From positions 2,496,001 through 2,560,000 of the forward strand of contig CAXXWQ010000004.1 in NCBI GenBank assembly GCA_963674945.2: a DNA stretch of 64,000 nucleotides, written 5' to 3'. The notes under the pieces were generated by a model. It was given only the letters and a program-made list of their open reading frames with translations. It did not search any database and had not been told where the DNA came from. Position numbers and translations under genes: made by a program. This DNA is from an uncultured Desulfosarcina sp. GTDB taxonomy: Bacteria; Desulfobacterota; Desulfobacteria; Desulfobacterales; Desulfosarcinaceae. Positions 9,103 to 19,042 of this stretch are shown piece by piece; the stretch's first letter is position 1, and each line of letters starts with the position of its first letter.

Positions 9103-12015
9103 TCAGGCTTTCATGCGATCTCCTTCCGGATCATAAAACGGCATCTTCACAACCCGGGCAGGCAATCGAACGCCGTCACATTCATCTTCGAAAATTTCCA
9201 GCCGGGTGTCCATGTTGGCGAGCTGCGATTCCACCAGGGCCATGCCGACGGCCTGGCCGGTGGACGGGCTCTTTCGCATGGTGGCCACGTATCCGCGAAC
9301 CCGGTCGTCGACGATCAGGCTGCCGTCGCGGGCCGGGCGTGTGTCGTCTTCCATGCGGATACCCACCAGGGTCAGACGACCGGTATCAGCCTCGGCCTGG
9401 CGCAGGGCTACGGCGCCGACGGTACGGGCCTCCGTCTTCGCCCGATCCCAGAGAAAGCCCAAGCCAAGGTCCAGCAGGTTGGTTCGCTGTTCCGACTCCT
9501 GGCCCAGAATGATGTGTCCCTTTTCCATGCGGAGCACGTTCTGGGCCTCCACACCGAAATTGCGGATGCCCAATTCACTGCCGGCCGTCTTGAGCATGTC
9601 CCACACGGCCTTCGTATAGGAGGCGGGCACGTGAAGCTCGTAGGAAAGTTCGCCCACGAATCCCAGGCGCATGGCACGGACGAAGACGGTGTCTTTAATG
9701 AGAAACTCCCTGTATCCGGCAAAGGGGAACGTTTCGTTGGAAAGATCCACGTCCACCACTTTTTCCAGCACCTTTCGGGAATTGGGGCCGGACAGGTTAA
9801 TTACCCCCATGGCGTCGGTGAGGTTGACCAGGTGATAATCCCAGCCATCGTAGCGGGTGTGGTAGCGGATCCACTCCACGGTCTGTCCGGCACGGCCGGT
9901 GGAAGTGGTGAAGTAGTAGTCGTCTTCTCCTTTTTTGACAATAACGCCATCGTCGATGACGCATCCGTCGTCGTTGCACATGGCCGAGTACTTGATGCGG
10001 CCTGCTTTGACCTTGGACATGTCGGACACGTAGACCCGCTGCAGGGCCTTTTCAGCATCCGGACCGAAGATGCGAAACTTTCCCAGCGTGGAAGCATCCA
10101 GCATGCCCACGTTGTTTCTGACGTTCAGAATCTCTTCCTCACAGGAGAAATCATCGGAGAAGTATCGCGCCCGTTGCCAGACGCCGATGTTGCGAAAGAT
10201 ACCGCCATCGGCCTTTTGGCAGCGGTGAAGGGGGGTACGCTTGAACATGTGGCGGTTGTACCCGGCGTAGGTTGAGATGAGTGCGGGCGCAAGCGGCGGA
10301 CGCACCGTCGTGGGCCGGGGCGTTTTCTCCGACACCGTGTACTGGGCCACCAGCAGGGGCAGGTTGTGGCCGGGTATGCCTCCCTGTCCGGGACCAAGCC
10401 CCACGCCGGCGAAACGCTTGACCAGCTCGGGAACGTCGAAGCCCTGATCCATGGCCTGCTTCACCGACTTTACCGTGGCGTCCTCGTCGAAGCAGATGAA
10501 ACTCTTTCGTCCCTTGACCGGGGCGAAGACCAGTTTCGATCCGCGCTGGGGTCCGGGTAGCGCCTGTACCACCGCCGCTGCATCGTTCCGGTCCAAGGAT
10601 GTACCGCCGGCGGCGATCGCCGCATCCAGGCCGGCAAGACGACCGGAAGCCTCAATGGCGTCGGGGTTGTTGATGCCGAGGACGCGGCCCGCGGCAAACA
10701 TCGTTTCCGGAAGTATTTTGGGCAGAAAGGTGCCGGTGTGCTCGTCGTAGCCCATCTTTGCCTGTGCCAGGACAAAAGGACCCGTCACCGGCGTAAGGCC
10801 GGCGGAAGCGACCAGGAGATCGCAGGAGAAACGACGATGGATCATTCCGTTTGTCGTGGAGACGGTGACCGCTTTTACTCCTTTGGATCCGTGGGCCGTC
10901 GTTGCCACCCACCCTTTCATTACCGGAATATTTCGCTCGGCCAGGGCCAGAACGAGATCCGGATGCTGGCCATCTTCGCGTATATCGGCCACGCAGTGAA
11001 TGGTAAGGCCCAGATCGGACAGATTCACGGCCGCCTCCAGCCCCAGATCGTGGCCCACGGAAAAAACCGCTTCGCTTCCCGGCAAAATGCCGTATGTGTG
11101 CGCCAGGCGATGGGCGCACCCCACCTGCATGACGCCGGGGCGCTCGTTGTTATCGAAAATCAGCGGTCGTTCCATGCAACCGGTGGCCACCACCACGCTT
11201 TTGGATCGAATCTCCACGTAGCGTTCGGTGAAGTCATCGTCTGCGCCGCCGACCTGGAAGGCGGTGATCAGATTGTTGCTGTAAACCCCGACCATGGAAG
11301 TGTGGGGAAACAGGCGAATGTTGGCTGTATGGGCCACAAACCGGGCCAGTTCCCGGGACCGTTCATGAAGCGGCGTTCCCCGGCCGTTGGTGGTTGTCCG
11401 GTAATCGAAGCAGCCGCCCAGTTGGGGACGCGCCTCCAGCAGAACCACCCGCATACCGGATTCGGCGGCGGCCAGCGCCGCGGCCATTCCGGCAGCGCCG
11501 CCACCAATTACGGTGACCTCGGCGTTACCGTAGCATTCATCGTATCGGCCCTCGATGTTATGATCGGGCGAGATCGCACCCAGCCCGGCGGCCTTGCGGA
11601 TCCGCTTCATGGCAATGGGCCAGATGGCGGCCGGTTTATGCAACGCCTTGTAGTAAAATCCGGCCGGCATCAGCCAGTCCAGCCTGTCCAGAAACCCCAT
11701 CCAGTCCCAGTTGGCCGAGCCGACGACGTTTTGCGTTTCCACCACCATGCCGTCTGTAAGAAGGGTTTTTTCCGTTGGCACGTTGACGCTTCCGTCGACC
11801 CGCATCAGCGTGTTGGCGCACTCACCGTCGAGGCTGTATAGTCCTCGGGGGCGGTGGTACTTGAGACTGCGGGAGAAGATTCTGACACCATTTGAAAAAA
11901 GGGCCGATGCGATCGTGTCGCCGGCAACCCCGTGCAGCGTCTTTCCCCGGTATTGCAAGGCGCGTTCTTCTTTCGGATCGATGCGCAGGGTGGGCAGTCC
12001 ACTGAGCCTGTTCAT
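9103..12015 (-). CDS. soxA: Heterotetrameric sarcosine oxidase alpha subunit family (dinucleotide-binding domain plus GcvT folate-binding domain)
   Basis: SRSLKYHRPRG, VIGGGAAG, VVVATG..ERP, TTVRPP, DASTLGK, GFVGELSYE, LRMEKGH and PFYDPEG motifs. Confidence 0.92.
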   Translation of the reverse strand: MNRLSGLPTLRIDPKEERALQYRGKTLHGVAGDTIASALFSNGVRIFSRSLKYHRPRGLYSLDGECANTLMRVDGSVNVPTEKTLLTDGMVVETQNVVGSANWDWMGFLDRLDWLMPAGFYYKALHKPAAIWPIAMKRIRKAAGLGAISPDHNIEGRYDECYGNAEVTVIGGGAAGMAAALAAAESGMRVVLLEARPQLGGCFDYRTTTNGRGTPLHERSRELARFVAHTANIRLFPHTSMVGVYSNNLITAFQVGGADDDFTERYVEIRSKSVVVATGCMERPLIFDNNERPGVMQVGCAHRLAHTYGILPGSEAVFSVGHDLGLEAAVNLSDLGLTIHCVADIREDGQHPDLVLALAERNIPVMKGWVATTAHGSKGVKAVTVSTTNGMIHRRFSCDLLVASAGLTPVTGPFVLAQAKMGYDEHTGTFLPKILPETMFAAGRVLGINNPDAIEASGRLAGLDAAIAAGGTSLDRNDAAAVVQALPGPQRGSKLVFAPVKGRKSFICFDEDATVKSVKQAMDQGFDVPELVKRFAGVGLGPGQGGIPGHNLPLLVAQYTVSEKTPRPTTVRPPLAPALISTYAGYNRHMFKRTPLHRCQKADGGIFRNIGVWQRARYFSDDFSCEEEILNVRNNVGMLDASTLGKFRIFGPDAEKALQRVYVSDMSKVKAGRIKYSAMCNDDGCVIDDGVIVKKGEDDYYFTTSTGRAGQTVEWIRYHTRYDGWDYHLVNLTDAMGVINLSGPNSRKVLEKVVDVDLSNETFPFAGYREFLIKDTVFVRAMRLGFVGELSYELHVPASYTKAVWDMLKTAGSELGIRNFGVEAQNVLRMEKGHIILGQESEQRTNLLDLGLGFLWDRAKTEARTVGAVALRQAEADTGRLTLVGIRMEDDTRPARDGSLIVDDRVRGYVATMRKSPSTGQAVGMALVESQLANMDTRLEIFEDECDGVRLPARVVKMPFYDPEGDRMKA

Positions 12016-12266
12016 TCGCTTGTCTCCTGTACTTCTAAATTATTGGTGGTGTTCCGCAAGGTTGTAAACCAGGAACCGCAGCCATCACGGTGAAACCACC
12101 ATTCTTTTTGCACCCCGGTCGTACATTGGTTCATATGCACGTATTCGCACCATTTCTCTGGTGTCAGGCCCTCTTCTGCCGGCCTCGGTCCCTTGTCTTC
12201 TCCCCCATACCGAAACTCGTATCCGTTTCGTTTACCGCAGATGGGACAGGTGAGTGTTAAAGCCAT
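12012..12266 (-). CDS. soxD: Sarcosine oxidase delta subunit
   Basis: CPICG.R...EFRYGG and EWWFH..GC Zn-ligand pattern; lies between the beta and alpha genes. Confidence 0.92.
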   Translation of the reverse strand: MALTLTCPICGKRNGYEFRYGGEDKGPRPAEEGLTPEKWCEYVHMNQCTTGVQKEWWFHRDGCGSWFTTLRNTTNNLEVQETSE

Positions 12267-12288
12267 GTCTTTCTCCTATCAATGTCCA

Positions 12289-13512
12289 TTAGTTATCCGG
12301 TGAGTAGTTTACCAAGGCTGCCGTCTCTCCCATCAACCGGTGATTTTCGTACCGCCGTAGGGAAAATGGTCTGAGCATCTCCGGACAACTTCCCGTCGCC
12401 ATGTATTCGGCCATGTATTTTCCCACAGCACTGCACGACTTGAAGCCGAAGTAGCCCCAGCCGCAGTCCATGAAAAAACCGTCGATGGGATCATTGCCGT
12501 CCATGATGGGAGCCATGTCCGGTGTCATGTCGGCCAATCCGCCCCACGTGCGCATGAACTTCACGCCACGCAGGCAGGGAAGCCAGTCCGAAAGCGCTTC
12601 GGCCTGATGTTTGATGTAAAAGGCCGTGGTCTGGGTCGTATAGTTGGGCCAAGGATCCATGTGGGCGCCGGTAGCGATCTCCCCTTTGAGCGTCTGGTTG
12701 GCATAGCAGTGATATGCGCCGGAGGAGACCACATGGTGGAGGATCGGCTTTAGTGGCTGGGTGACCATGGCCTGGATGGTCAGCACGCTGATGGGAAGTG
12801 AAATGCCCAGCATGTGATGGATGATACCGGCGCTGTAGCCCCCGGCGGTGACCAGCACCCGTTTGGTGTGAATCCGGCCTCGGGTGGTATCTACTCCGGT
12901 GATTTTGCCCCCCTGGGTGAATATGGCCGTGGCCTCGGTTTGCTGGTGGATATGAACTCCCAGCCTGGCCGCCCCCTTGGCGAGCCCCCAGACCACTGCA
13001 TCGTGGCGGACGATTCCGCCGGGCGGATGATACATGGCCCCGTGGATGGGAAAGGCGATATCTTCTCCGATGTTCAGGGCCGGCACCAGATCTTTGGCCT
13101 GTTTGGCGTCGATGAGATGACTCTCTACCCCGTGGAACTGGGCCGTGGCCACGTTCATGCGGGCCGCCTTCATGGCCGCTTCACTGTGCATGAGGTTCAG
13201 GTTGCCGCAGTTGTTGAACATGAGATTGAAGTTCAACTCGCGAGTGAGCACCGGCCAAAGGTCCAGCGCCTCTTTGTAAAGGGGCACGTTTTCCTGGGTT
13301 CGCTGGTTGGCCCGGACGATGGCGGTATTTCGTCCTGCACCGCCGAAACCGATGTACCGTTTTTCCAGGATGGCGACGTCGGTCAGCCCGTGTTCCTTTG
13401 CCAGGAAATAGGCCGTGGCCAGACCATGCAGGCCGCCGCCGATGATGACGGCATCGTAACTGGCTTTAAGGGGTTTTTTCTTTCCCCACAAAAGTTTGCG
13501 TTTGAAAAGCAT
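12289..13512 (-). CDS. soxB: Sarcosine oxidase beta subunit family (FAD-dependent)
   Basis: IIGGGLHGLATAYFLAKEHG, GRNTAIVRAN, RHDAVVWG and DMTPD.API motifs. Confidence 0.92.
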   Translation of the reverse strand: MLFKRKLLWGKKKPLKASYDAVIIGGGLHGLATAYFLAKEHGLTDVAILEKRYIGFGGAGRNTAIVRANQRTQENVPLYKEALDLWPVLTRELNFNLMFNNCGNLNLMHSEAAMKAARMNVATAQFHGVESHLIDAKQAKDLVPALNIGEDIAFPIHGAMYHPPGGIVRHDAVVWGLAKGAARLGVHIHQQTEATAIFTQGGKITGVDTTRGRIHTKRVLVTAGGYSAGIIHHMLGISLPISVLTIQAMVTQPLKPILHHVVSSGAYHCYANQTLKGEIATGAHMDPWPNYTTQTTAFYIKHQAEALSDWLPCLRGVKFMRTWGGLADMTPDMAPIMDGNDPIDGFFMDCGWGYFGFKSCSAVGKYMAEYMATGSCPEMLRPFSLRRYENHRLMGETAALVNYSPDN

Positions 13513-13599
13513 AGTACCACCTTATCTGATGATGTGTTGAAAACCCGGTCCTCTGAGCCGGGTCAGCGTTTATCGGTTCTGCCGTATCATTGTTAGAAG

Positions 13600-13765
13600 A
13601 ATCCAGGAGTCAGAATTCAGCGCCGCCGCCGGCTTTCAACCGGTTTGAACTAAAACCTGACTTCGGGAAAATGAAGTCAGATACGAGAATGAGGTATTCG
13701 CCTTCGGCTCTATCCATTTCATCCAATCGATGGAGCAAAGCGATATCCGATTTATTCTGGCTCCT
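13600..13765. repeat. Intergenic repeat, family 2 (heptamer-flanked palindromic unit)
   Basis: 13686-13765 is the near reverse complement of 49681-49767 (aggagccagaata...gagccgaaggcgaatacct.attct). Confidence 0.8.
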
Positions 13766-13840
13766 TTTGTCTTACGTGATCAGAGCGCATCCTTCCTCCC
13801 AGGCGGAATCCAAAACGGAACCCTCTGGATCCGGATATTT

Positions 13841-13923
13841 TTGATGAAGTGTAACACCGATATCGGACTTCTAAGGAACTCGTTCATTCTTCCAATTAAT
13901 AGGGACTTTTTACAAAGCCGTCA
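13841..13923. repeat. Short/degenerate family-1 element
   Basis: ttgatgaagtgtaa...cgatatcgg...actttttacaaagccgtca; same termini as the full copies. Confidence 0.6.
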
Positions 13924-13925
13924 TT

Positions 13926-14729
13926 TCAGTCCACCTCCACCTCCATACTCTTCATCACCTCCGCCTGTACGCTGTCCCATATGGTTCGTTTGAGTTCCAT
14001 GTATCGATTGGAAAGCTGGACGTCGGCGTTTCTCGGATGGGGAAGATCGTTGACAATCTCCTGGGCGATCCGCCCGGGTCTTGCCGTCATGACCATGATT
14101 CTCGATGACAACAAAAGTGCTTCATCGATGGAGTGAGTGATGAAAAGAATCGTTTTGCGATGCTTTTCATAGATTCGCACGAGTTGTTCCTGAAGCACCT
14201 GACGCGTCATGGCATCCAGGGCGGCAAAGGGTTCGTCGAGGAGCATCACTTTGGGATTGTTGGCCATGCTGCGGGCGATGGACACCCGCTGTTTCATGCC
14301 GCCTGATAAATGGTGCGGATAGCTTTTCTCAAATCCCTTCAGTCCCACCATGTCGATGAACCTGGCGGCTCGTTCCACTCGCTGCTCTTTCGGCATGCGC
14401 TTCATTTTCATGCCGAATTCCACGTTTTCTTGAACCGTCTTCCACGGAAAGAGAGCATACTGTTGAAAAATCATACCGCACTCGGGCGTGATACCGGTTA
14501 CCGGCTCCCCGTCCAGGAAGATCGCGCCGTGGGTCGGGCGTTCGAAACCGGCCACCAGATTCAGCAGGGTCGTCTTTCCGCATCCCGAAGCGCCGACGAT
14601 GACCAGAAACTCTCCCTCCTGGACATCCATGGACAGGTCCTGTAGTGCGGTCACCTCGCCCCGTTTTCCGGAAAACGTTTTCGTAACCTCCTTGATGGAA
14701 ATTTTGTTTTCACGGGTTACCGGGTCCAT
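13926..14729 (-). CDS. NitT/TauT-family ABC transporter ATP-binding protein
   Basis: GASGCGKT, LSGGMKQR and LLDEPF motifs. Real start is MDPVTRENK (14729); the upstream part of the 407-aa ORF overlaps the permease in another frame. Confidence 0.93.
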   Translation of the reverse strand: MDPVTRENKISIKEVTKTFSGKRGEVTALQDLSMDVQEGEFLVIVGASGCGKTTLLNLVAGFERPTHGAIFLDGEPVTGITPECGMIFQQYALFPWKTVQENVEFGMKMKRMPKEQRVERAARFIDMVGLKGFEKSYPHHLSGGMKQRVSIARSMANNPKVMLLDEPFAALDAMTRQVLQEQLVRIYEKHRKTILFITHSIDEALLLSSRIMVMTARPGRIAQEIVNDLPHPRNADVQLSNRYMELKRTIWDSVQAEVMKSMEVEVD

Positions 14730-15478
14730 GGAAGCAGCCTCTTCTCGAACTTGCGGAACACCAGGTCGATGACCATGACAGTAATGCTGATCATCACCAT
14801 GCCCAACAGGACGGTATCTGTCTGAAAGTACTCCTTTCCGTTCATGATCATAAAGCCAAGTCCCTCCCTGGCGGCAACGAGTTCGGCGGAAATGATACAG
14901 GTCCAGGCGATGCCGAGCATCACCTTCAGGCCGGCGATGATCTGCGGCAGCGCCCCCGGCAGGATCACCTCCCGCATTACATCCAGCTTTGAAGCACCAA
15001 GATTTCTTGCCGCCCGGATGAGAAGTGGATCGATGCTTTTGGTCGCCTCGATGATATACAAGAGCGAAGGAGCAAAGGAACCCATGAAGACGATGGAGTA
15101 CTTCTGGGTTTCGGTGATGCCCAGCCAAAGCAGGGACAAAGGAATCCAACTCATGGACGGTAAGGGACGAAGAAGGGAGATGAGGGGGTCGAACACCGCC
15201 ATGAAGAAACGGGACGATCCGAGAAAAATACCGAAGGGGATCGCCACCATGCTCGAAACGGCGAATCCGACCATAACCCGCCGGGTGGAGGCCAATGTAT
15301 GAACCACGAGTTGGCCGTTATCTATTAGTTTCAATGCACGCGCGAAGATTTTGGAGGGCGCCGGTAAAAACAGTGGCTCGATGAATCCCAGGCGGCAGAA
15401 AAGCTCCCACGCGGTGATGAACAGAAACAGGGAAACGACGCTGATGGTTACTGATTTGGCAGTACTGTCGACTTTCAT
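14717..15478 (-). CDS. NitT/TauT-family ABC transporter permease
   Basis: FLPAPS, LIRAARNLGAS (EAA-like loop) and AELVAAREGLG motifs. Confidence 0.93.
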   Translation of the reverse strand: MKVDSTAKSVTISVVSLFLFITAWELFCRLGFIEPLFLPAPSKIFARALKLIDNGQLVVHTLASTRRVMVGFAVSSMVAIPFGIFLGSSRFFMAVFDPLISLLRPLPSMSWIPLSLLWLGITETQKYSIVFMGSFAPSLLYIIEATKSIDPLLIRAARNLGASKLDVMREVILPGALPQIIAGLKVMLGIAWTCIISAELVAAREGLGFMIMNGKEYFQTDTVLLGMVMISITVMVIDLVFRKFEKRLLPWTR

Positions 15479-15487
15479 ATGCTAACC

Positions 15488-15642
15488 TTGACGGCTTCGT
15501 AAAAAGTCCGATATCGGCGTTACGCTTCACCCCTCGTCACCGGGGAGTACTCTATTCGCGCCTCATTCCTCGGGGCTCGCAAGCCTTGATCTCGGACTTT
15601 TTACGAAACCGTCCGAAATCCGACTTTTAACGAGTTAATCAA
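15488..15642. repeat. MITE/REP-like element, family 1 (155 bp)
   Basis: ttgacggcttcgtaaaaagtcc ... ggactttttacgaaaccgtc-cgaaatccg-acttttaacgagttaatcaa. Confidence 0.92.
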
Positions 15643-15689
15643 CACTTATTTGAGAAGTTTTTCACAAAACGTTTAGACCCGATGGGACG

Positions 15690-16694
15690 TTACGGCACCA
15701 TCGTTTTTACGATCCATTTCTTCACGTCGGGCGCGGCATCGATTTGCTGATGCTTGACCAAAAATTTTGCCAGTTGTTGCATGCCTGTGACAAAATCGCC
15801 GGGGTCAACCATCAGGGCCTTTTGTTCGCTGCCTTTGATCCAGGTAATATCCTTGAGCACCGCCATCTGGTCTGCCATGTCCAGGTTGGTCAGTTTTACC
15901 AGCTCCTCGGCGCACGCTTCGGGCTGCTCGATCAGCATGTCCACGGCTTCGAAATACCCTTTGACAAACGCCTTGCAGGTTTTCGGATACTTTTCGGCAA
16001 ACTCTGTGCGGACCACCAAAAGATCCGGACCCGGCCCGAGTTTATACTTTTTGAAGAGACTGAATTCGGTATCATTCACCAGAAGGTGGTTGCCCGGCAT
16101 GTTGAGTAATTTGTTGAAATGGGGTGTCCATGCAGCGCATGCATCGATCTCCCCGGAACCCATGGCCGCAGGCATTTCGTTGACTTTCAGATTGATCAGG
16201 GTAAGGTCCTTCTCCGGGTCCAGGCCATTTTGCTCCAATATATCCAGCACCAGAACGTGGGCGCTGGACGCAAACGGGGCTGCGAGCCGTTTCCCCTTGA
16301 GATCCGCGATCTTCTTTATGCCTTTTTTCGCGATGATTCCCTCCACGGTGGCATAGGAGTCCTGGGTGCCGAAGGCCATGAACCCCTTGCTTCCGGACGC
16401 CATCAGCGCAATGGCGGAAATGCTGCCCGTCGAAGCCACGTCCAGGTCTCCGGCCACCAATGAGCCCATGCGGCCGGAAGAGGCATAAAAATTTTGGAAC
16501 AATACGCCAAGGCCATACTTCTTGAACAGGCCCTTCTGGATGCCGACCCAGGCCGGGTAATGCCCGAGCCACGAAGATCCCCCATAAATCACGGTCACCT
16601 TCTCGGGTTTCTCATCGGCACCTGCCCAAACAGCACCGACGACCAGAATAAAGACGACTGTCAGAACAAATGTTTTTTTCCAGATCTTCGTCAT
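15690..16694 (-). CDS. NitT/TauT (SsuA/TauA-like) ABC substrate-binding protein
   Basis: Signal peptide MTKIWKKTFVLTVVFILVVGAVWA, DLKGKRLA and GEIDACAAWTP motifs; AAGGAG upstream of 16694. Confidence 0.9.
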   Translation of the reverse strand: MTKIWKKTFVLTVVFILVVGAVWAGADEKPEKVTVIYGGSSWLGHYPAWVGIQKGLFKKYGLGVLFQNFYASSGRMGSLVAGDLDVASTGSISAIALMASGSKGFMAFGTQDSYATVEGIIAKKGIKKIADLKGKRLAAPFASSAHVLVLDILEQNGLDPEKDLTLINLKVNEMPAAMGSGEIDACAAWTPHFNKLLNMPGNHLLVNDTEFSLFKKYKLGPGPDLLVVRTEFAEKYPKTCKAFVKGYFEAVDMLIEQPEACAEELVKLTNLDMADQMAVLKDITWIKGSEQKALMVDPGDFVTGMQQLAKFLVKHQQIDAAPDVKKWIVKTMVP

Positions 16695-16769
16695 TCTCTT
16701 TTCCTCCTTTCGAAGTTTGTCGTCAAAATAACGGATCACTTTTCTTCCTTCGGACAAGAGCCAAACCAT

Positions 16770-17702
16770 TCACCGCATTGGCTCGTCCGATGTATTCAAT
16801 TCCGGGTGCTTTCTATACAAGATCCGTCCCAATTCCCGATGGGTGAAGTACGGGTCATCATTGCGAAGGTAAGGCAAAAGAATGCGTTTTTTTCGGATGA
16901 TATCCCTCGATAACGTCGCAAACAAGGCGTCCGGTTCGTAGAGCTTGGCCGTGGCGATGGGTTGGCCGAAGGGGTTGATGATTTCGCTTCCCCCCCAGAA
17001 ACGAAATGGATTGTCGTCCACGGTGGCCGGATCGGCAACCTTCTGGTCGTCGTCGGACCGCATGTCCTCGAACATTTCGCACCCCACCCGGTTGGCGCAA
17101 AGATTGTAAACACCGAATATTCGCGAGTAGAAGCGGTTGATGATGCTCCAGCTTTCGATGTTGGAGAACTCATCGCCCATGGATCCCCGTGAGGAATTGA
17201 AAATGGTGATGAAGATGTCGGCCTTCTGCGTAACCCCCAGATACGGCAACGCGGGATGCCACAGATCGTTGCAGATGAACGGGGCGATGGTCAACCCCTT
17301 GTAGCAGAACACGCGGATGTGCTTTCCTCCGGAGAAAATCTTGCGCTCTTCGAACACGCCGTAATTGGGAAGGTTAAGTTTTCGATAGGCGAACAGGGCC
17401 TCTCCGTCCACGGCCACCAGGGCGGAGTTATAAAAATTCAACGCATGGGATTCTTCGATAAACCCCACCACGGCGGCCGTTCCACGGGTCGCCTCTGTCA
17501 GGCGTTTGATTTCCGGGCTATCCATGCGAAGTGCCGCTTCGTGGTAGCGCTCCCTCACAAAATAGCCGGTCAGGGAAAGTTCGGGAAAAACGACCAGGTC
17601 CGCACCCTGGGCCTTGGCCGCCGCGATATTGGCAATGGTCTGCTCCAGGTTGGATTTGATGTCCAGCAGCGTCGGATCGGTCTGATAGATACATACTTTC
17701 AT
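16770..17702 (-). CDS. Carbon-nitrogen hydrolase (nitrilase superfamily)
   Basis: Catalytic triad E (VFPEL), K (YRKLNLPNYGVFEE), C (ICNDLW); ATG overlaps the upstream TGA. Confidence 0.9.
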   Translation of the reverse strand: MKVCIYQTDPTLLDIKSNLEQTIANIAAAKAQGADLVVFPELSLTGYFVRERYHEAALRMDSPEIKRLTEATRGTAAVVGFIEESHALNFYNSALVAVDGEALFAYRKLNLPNYGVFEERKIFSGGKHIRVFCYKGLTIAPFICNDLWHPALPYLGVTQKADIFITIFNSSRGSMGDEFSNIESWSIINRFYSRIFGVYNLCANRVGCEMFEDMRSDDDQKVADPATVDDNPFRFWGGSEIINPFGQPIATAKLYEPDALFATLSRDIIRKKRILLPYLRNDDPYFTHRELGRILYRKHPELNTSDEPMR

Positions 17703-19027
17703 TGTCGGCATCCTTCCAGTAAGGGATCAATGGTCGTCCATCTTTCGGCCGACCAGAGCTTCTCCACCAATACCCCGGCCTTTCTCTTTCCAAGGACAGG
17801 GCCTGCCAGCCAGAGAAATTTGTCTTCCAGTTCGCCATCCGAAGGCAGGGTATCCGGCGGCTCCCACCGGGCCTCCATGCGGCCCGAAGAAAAGGTTTGG
17901 CCATCTGTCGTTTCCACTATCACCTCGGCCGGTGCCTTGGCGGGAAACTCAGCCTCCAACGCAGGTGCCACTTCCACTGCGACCCGGGACAGCAATGATA
18001 CCAAATCGGGATCGGTAAGGCGTGGGGGAAGTACCTGTCTTGGCCCCACCTCTCCATCCAAAAGGGCCGCTGCCACAGGAAAGGCCAGATTGTATTGGGC
18101 CGATTCCGTATCGCTGGGGGGATCATTGGGCAGACGCGCGGCCGCCGCGAAGGTGCGTACGCGGATGCGCCGGATCTGGTCCGGTATCAACCGGTGTTCA
18201 CGGACGATTTTGAGCGCGCCGGCAACGGCCGGCTGTCCCCAGCGGCAAGCGGCATAGGGTTTGAAGTAGAGGTTGCGTATTTCCCACACCGTTCCCAGCT
18301 CGCGTACCCGGAGCGGGTCCGGGGTGTCGTCGAACAATGGCCGTATGCCGGTGAATCCGGCGCCGGCCAGCAGGGCCGATTGTACCCCGACCATGCATCC
18401 CCAGCCGATGGCGTCTTTTCCCATGGAAGGCGTGTCGATCCCTTTCATCATGGGAGCAATGGGCGCATGGTATTCGGCAATTCCCATGGCGTGTCGCATC
18501 TGGCCATGAGAGAATCCCAAGAGCCTGCCCACGGCGGCGGCCCCGGCGATGGCCCCCCAACTGCCGGAAGCGTGGTAACAATCGTAAGTGGCGTGTCGAA
18601 CCAGACCGGCACGGATGCCCAGCTCGTTGGCAATCACCAGGGTGGTGAGAAATTCCCGACCGCTGCAGCGGCCTGCTGCCAGTTCGGCACCGGCCAGAAC
18701 CGGCGGAAGGGCACAAGAACCGGGGTGCCCTTTGATGTTTCGATATCCGTCGTCGATATCCAGGGCATTGCCGAAAAAACCATTGGCCAGGGCGGCTCCC
18801 ACGGCGGATACACGATCCCCGAATACCAGAATGGTGGCCTGGTCTCCGCCGAATTGCCGCCGGGCAGTCTCCTGGACGATCCGGGCCACCGGTGTCTGCG
18901 ACCCGGCGACCAGGGCGCCCAGGGTGTCCAGCAGACAGCGTTTGGATTGATGCTTGACCTCGATGGGAAGATCTTCCCAACGGGTTTTCAGCGTGAAATC
19001 AATGGCATGATCCGTTACCGATTGCAT
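17699..19027 (-). CDS. MmgE/PrpD family protein
   Basis: LLDTLG, NALDIDDG...GHP, YFKPYAACR and AQYNLAFPVA motifs. Confidence 0.92.
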   Translation of the reverse strand: MQSVTDHAIDFTLKTRWEDLPIEVKHQSKRCLLDTLGALVAGSQTPVARIVQETARRQFGGDQATILVFGDRVSAVGAALANGFFGNALDIDDGYRNIKGHPGSCALPPVLAGAELAAGRCSGREFLTTLVIANELGIRAGLVRHATYDCYHASGSWGAIAGAAAVGRLLGFSHGQMRHAMGIAEYHAPIAPMMKGIDTPSMGKDAIGWGCMVGVQSALLAGAGFTGIRPLFDDTPDPLRVRELGTVWEIRNLYFKPYAACRWGQPAVAGALKIVREHRLIPDQIRRIRVRTFAAAARLPNDPPSDTESAQYNLAFPVAAALLDGEVGPRQVLPPRLTDPDLVSLLSRVAVEVAPALEAEFPAKAPAEVIVETTDGQTFSSGRMEARWEPPDTLPSDGELEDKFLWLAGPVLGKRKAGVLVEKLWSAERWTTIDPLLEGCRQ

Positions 19028-19042
19028 TCGTTTCTGTTTGAT

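Noticed and set aside
14730..15149. N-terminal extension of the ABC ATPase ORF
   Set aside because: It overlaps the permease in another frame; the ATPase domain begins at 14729.
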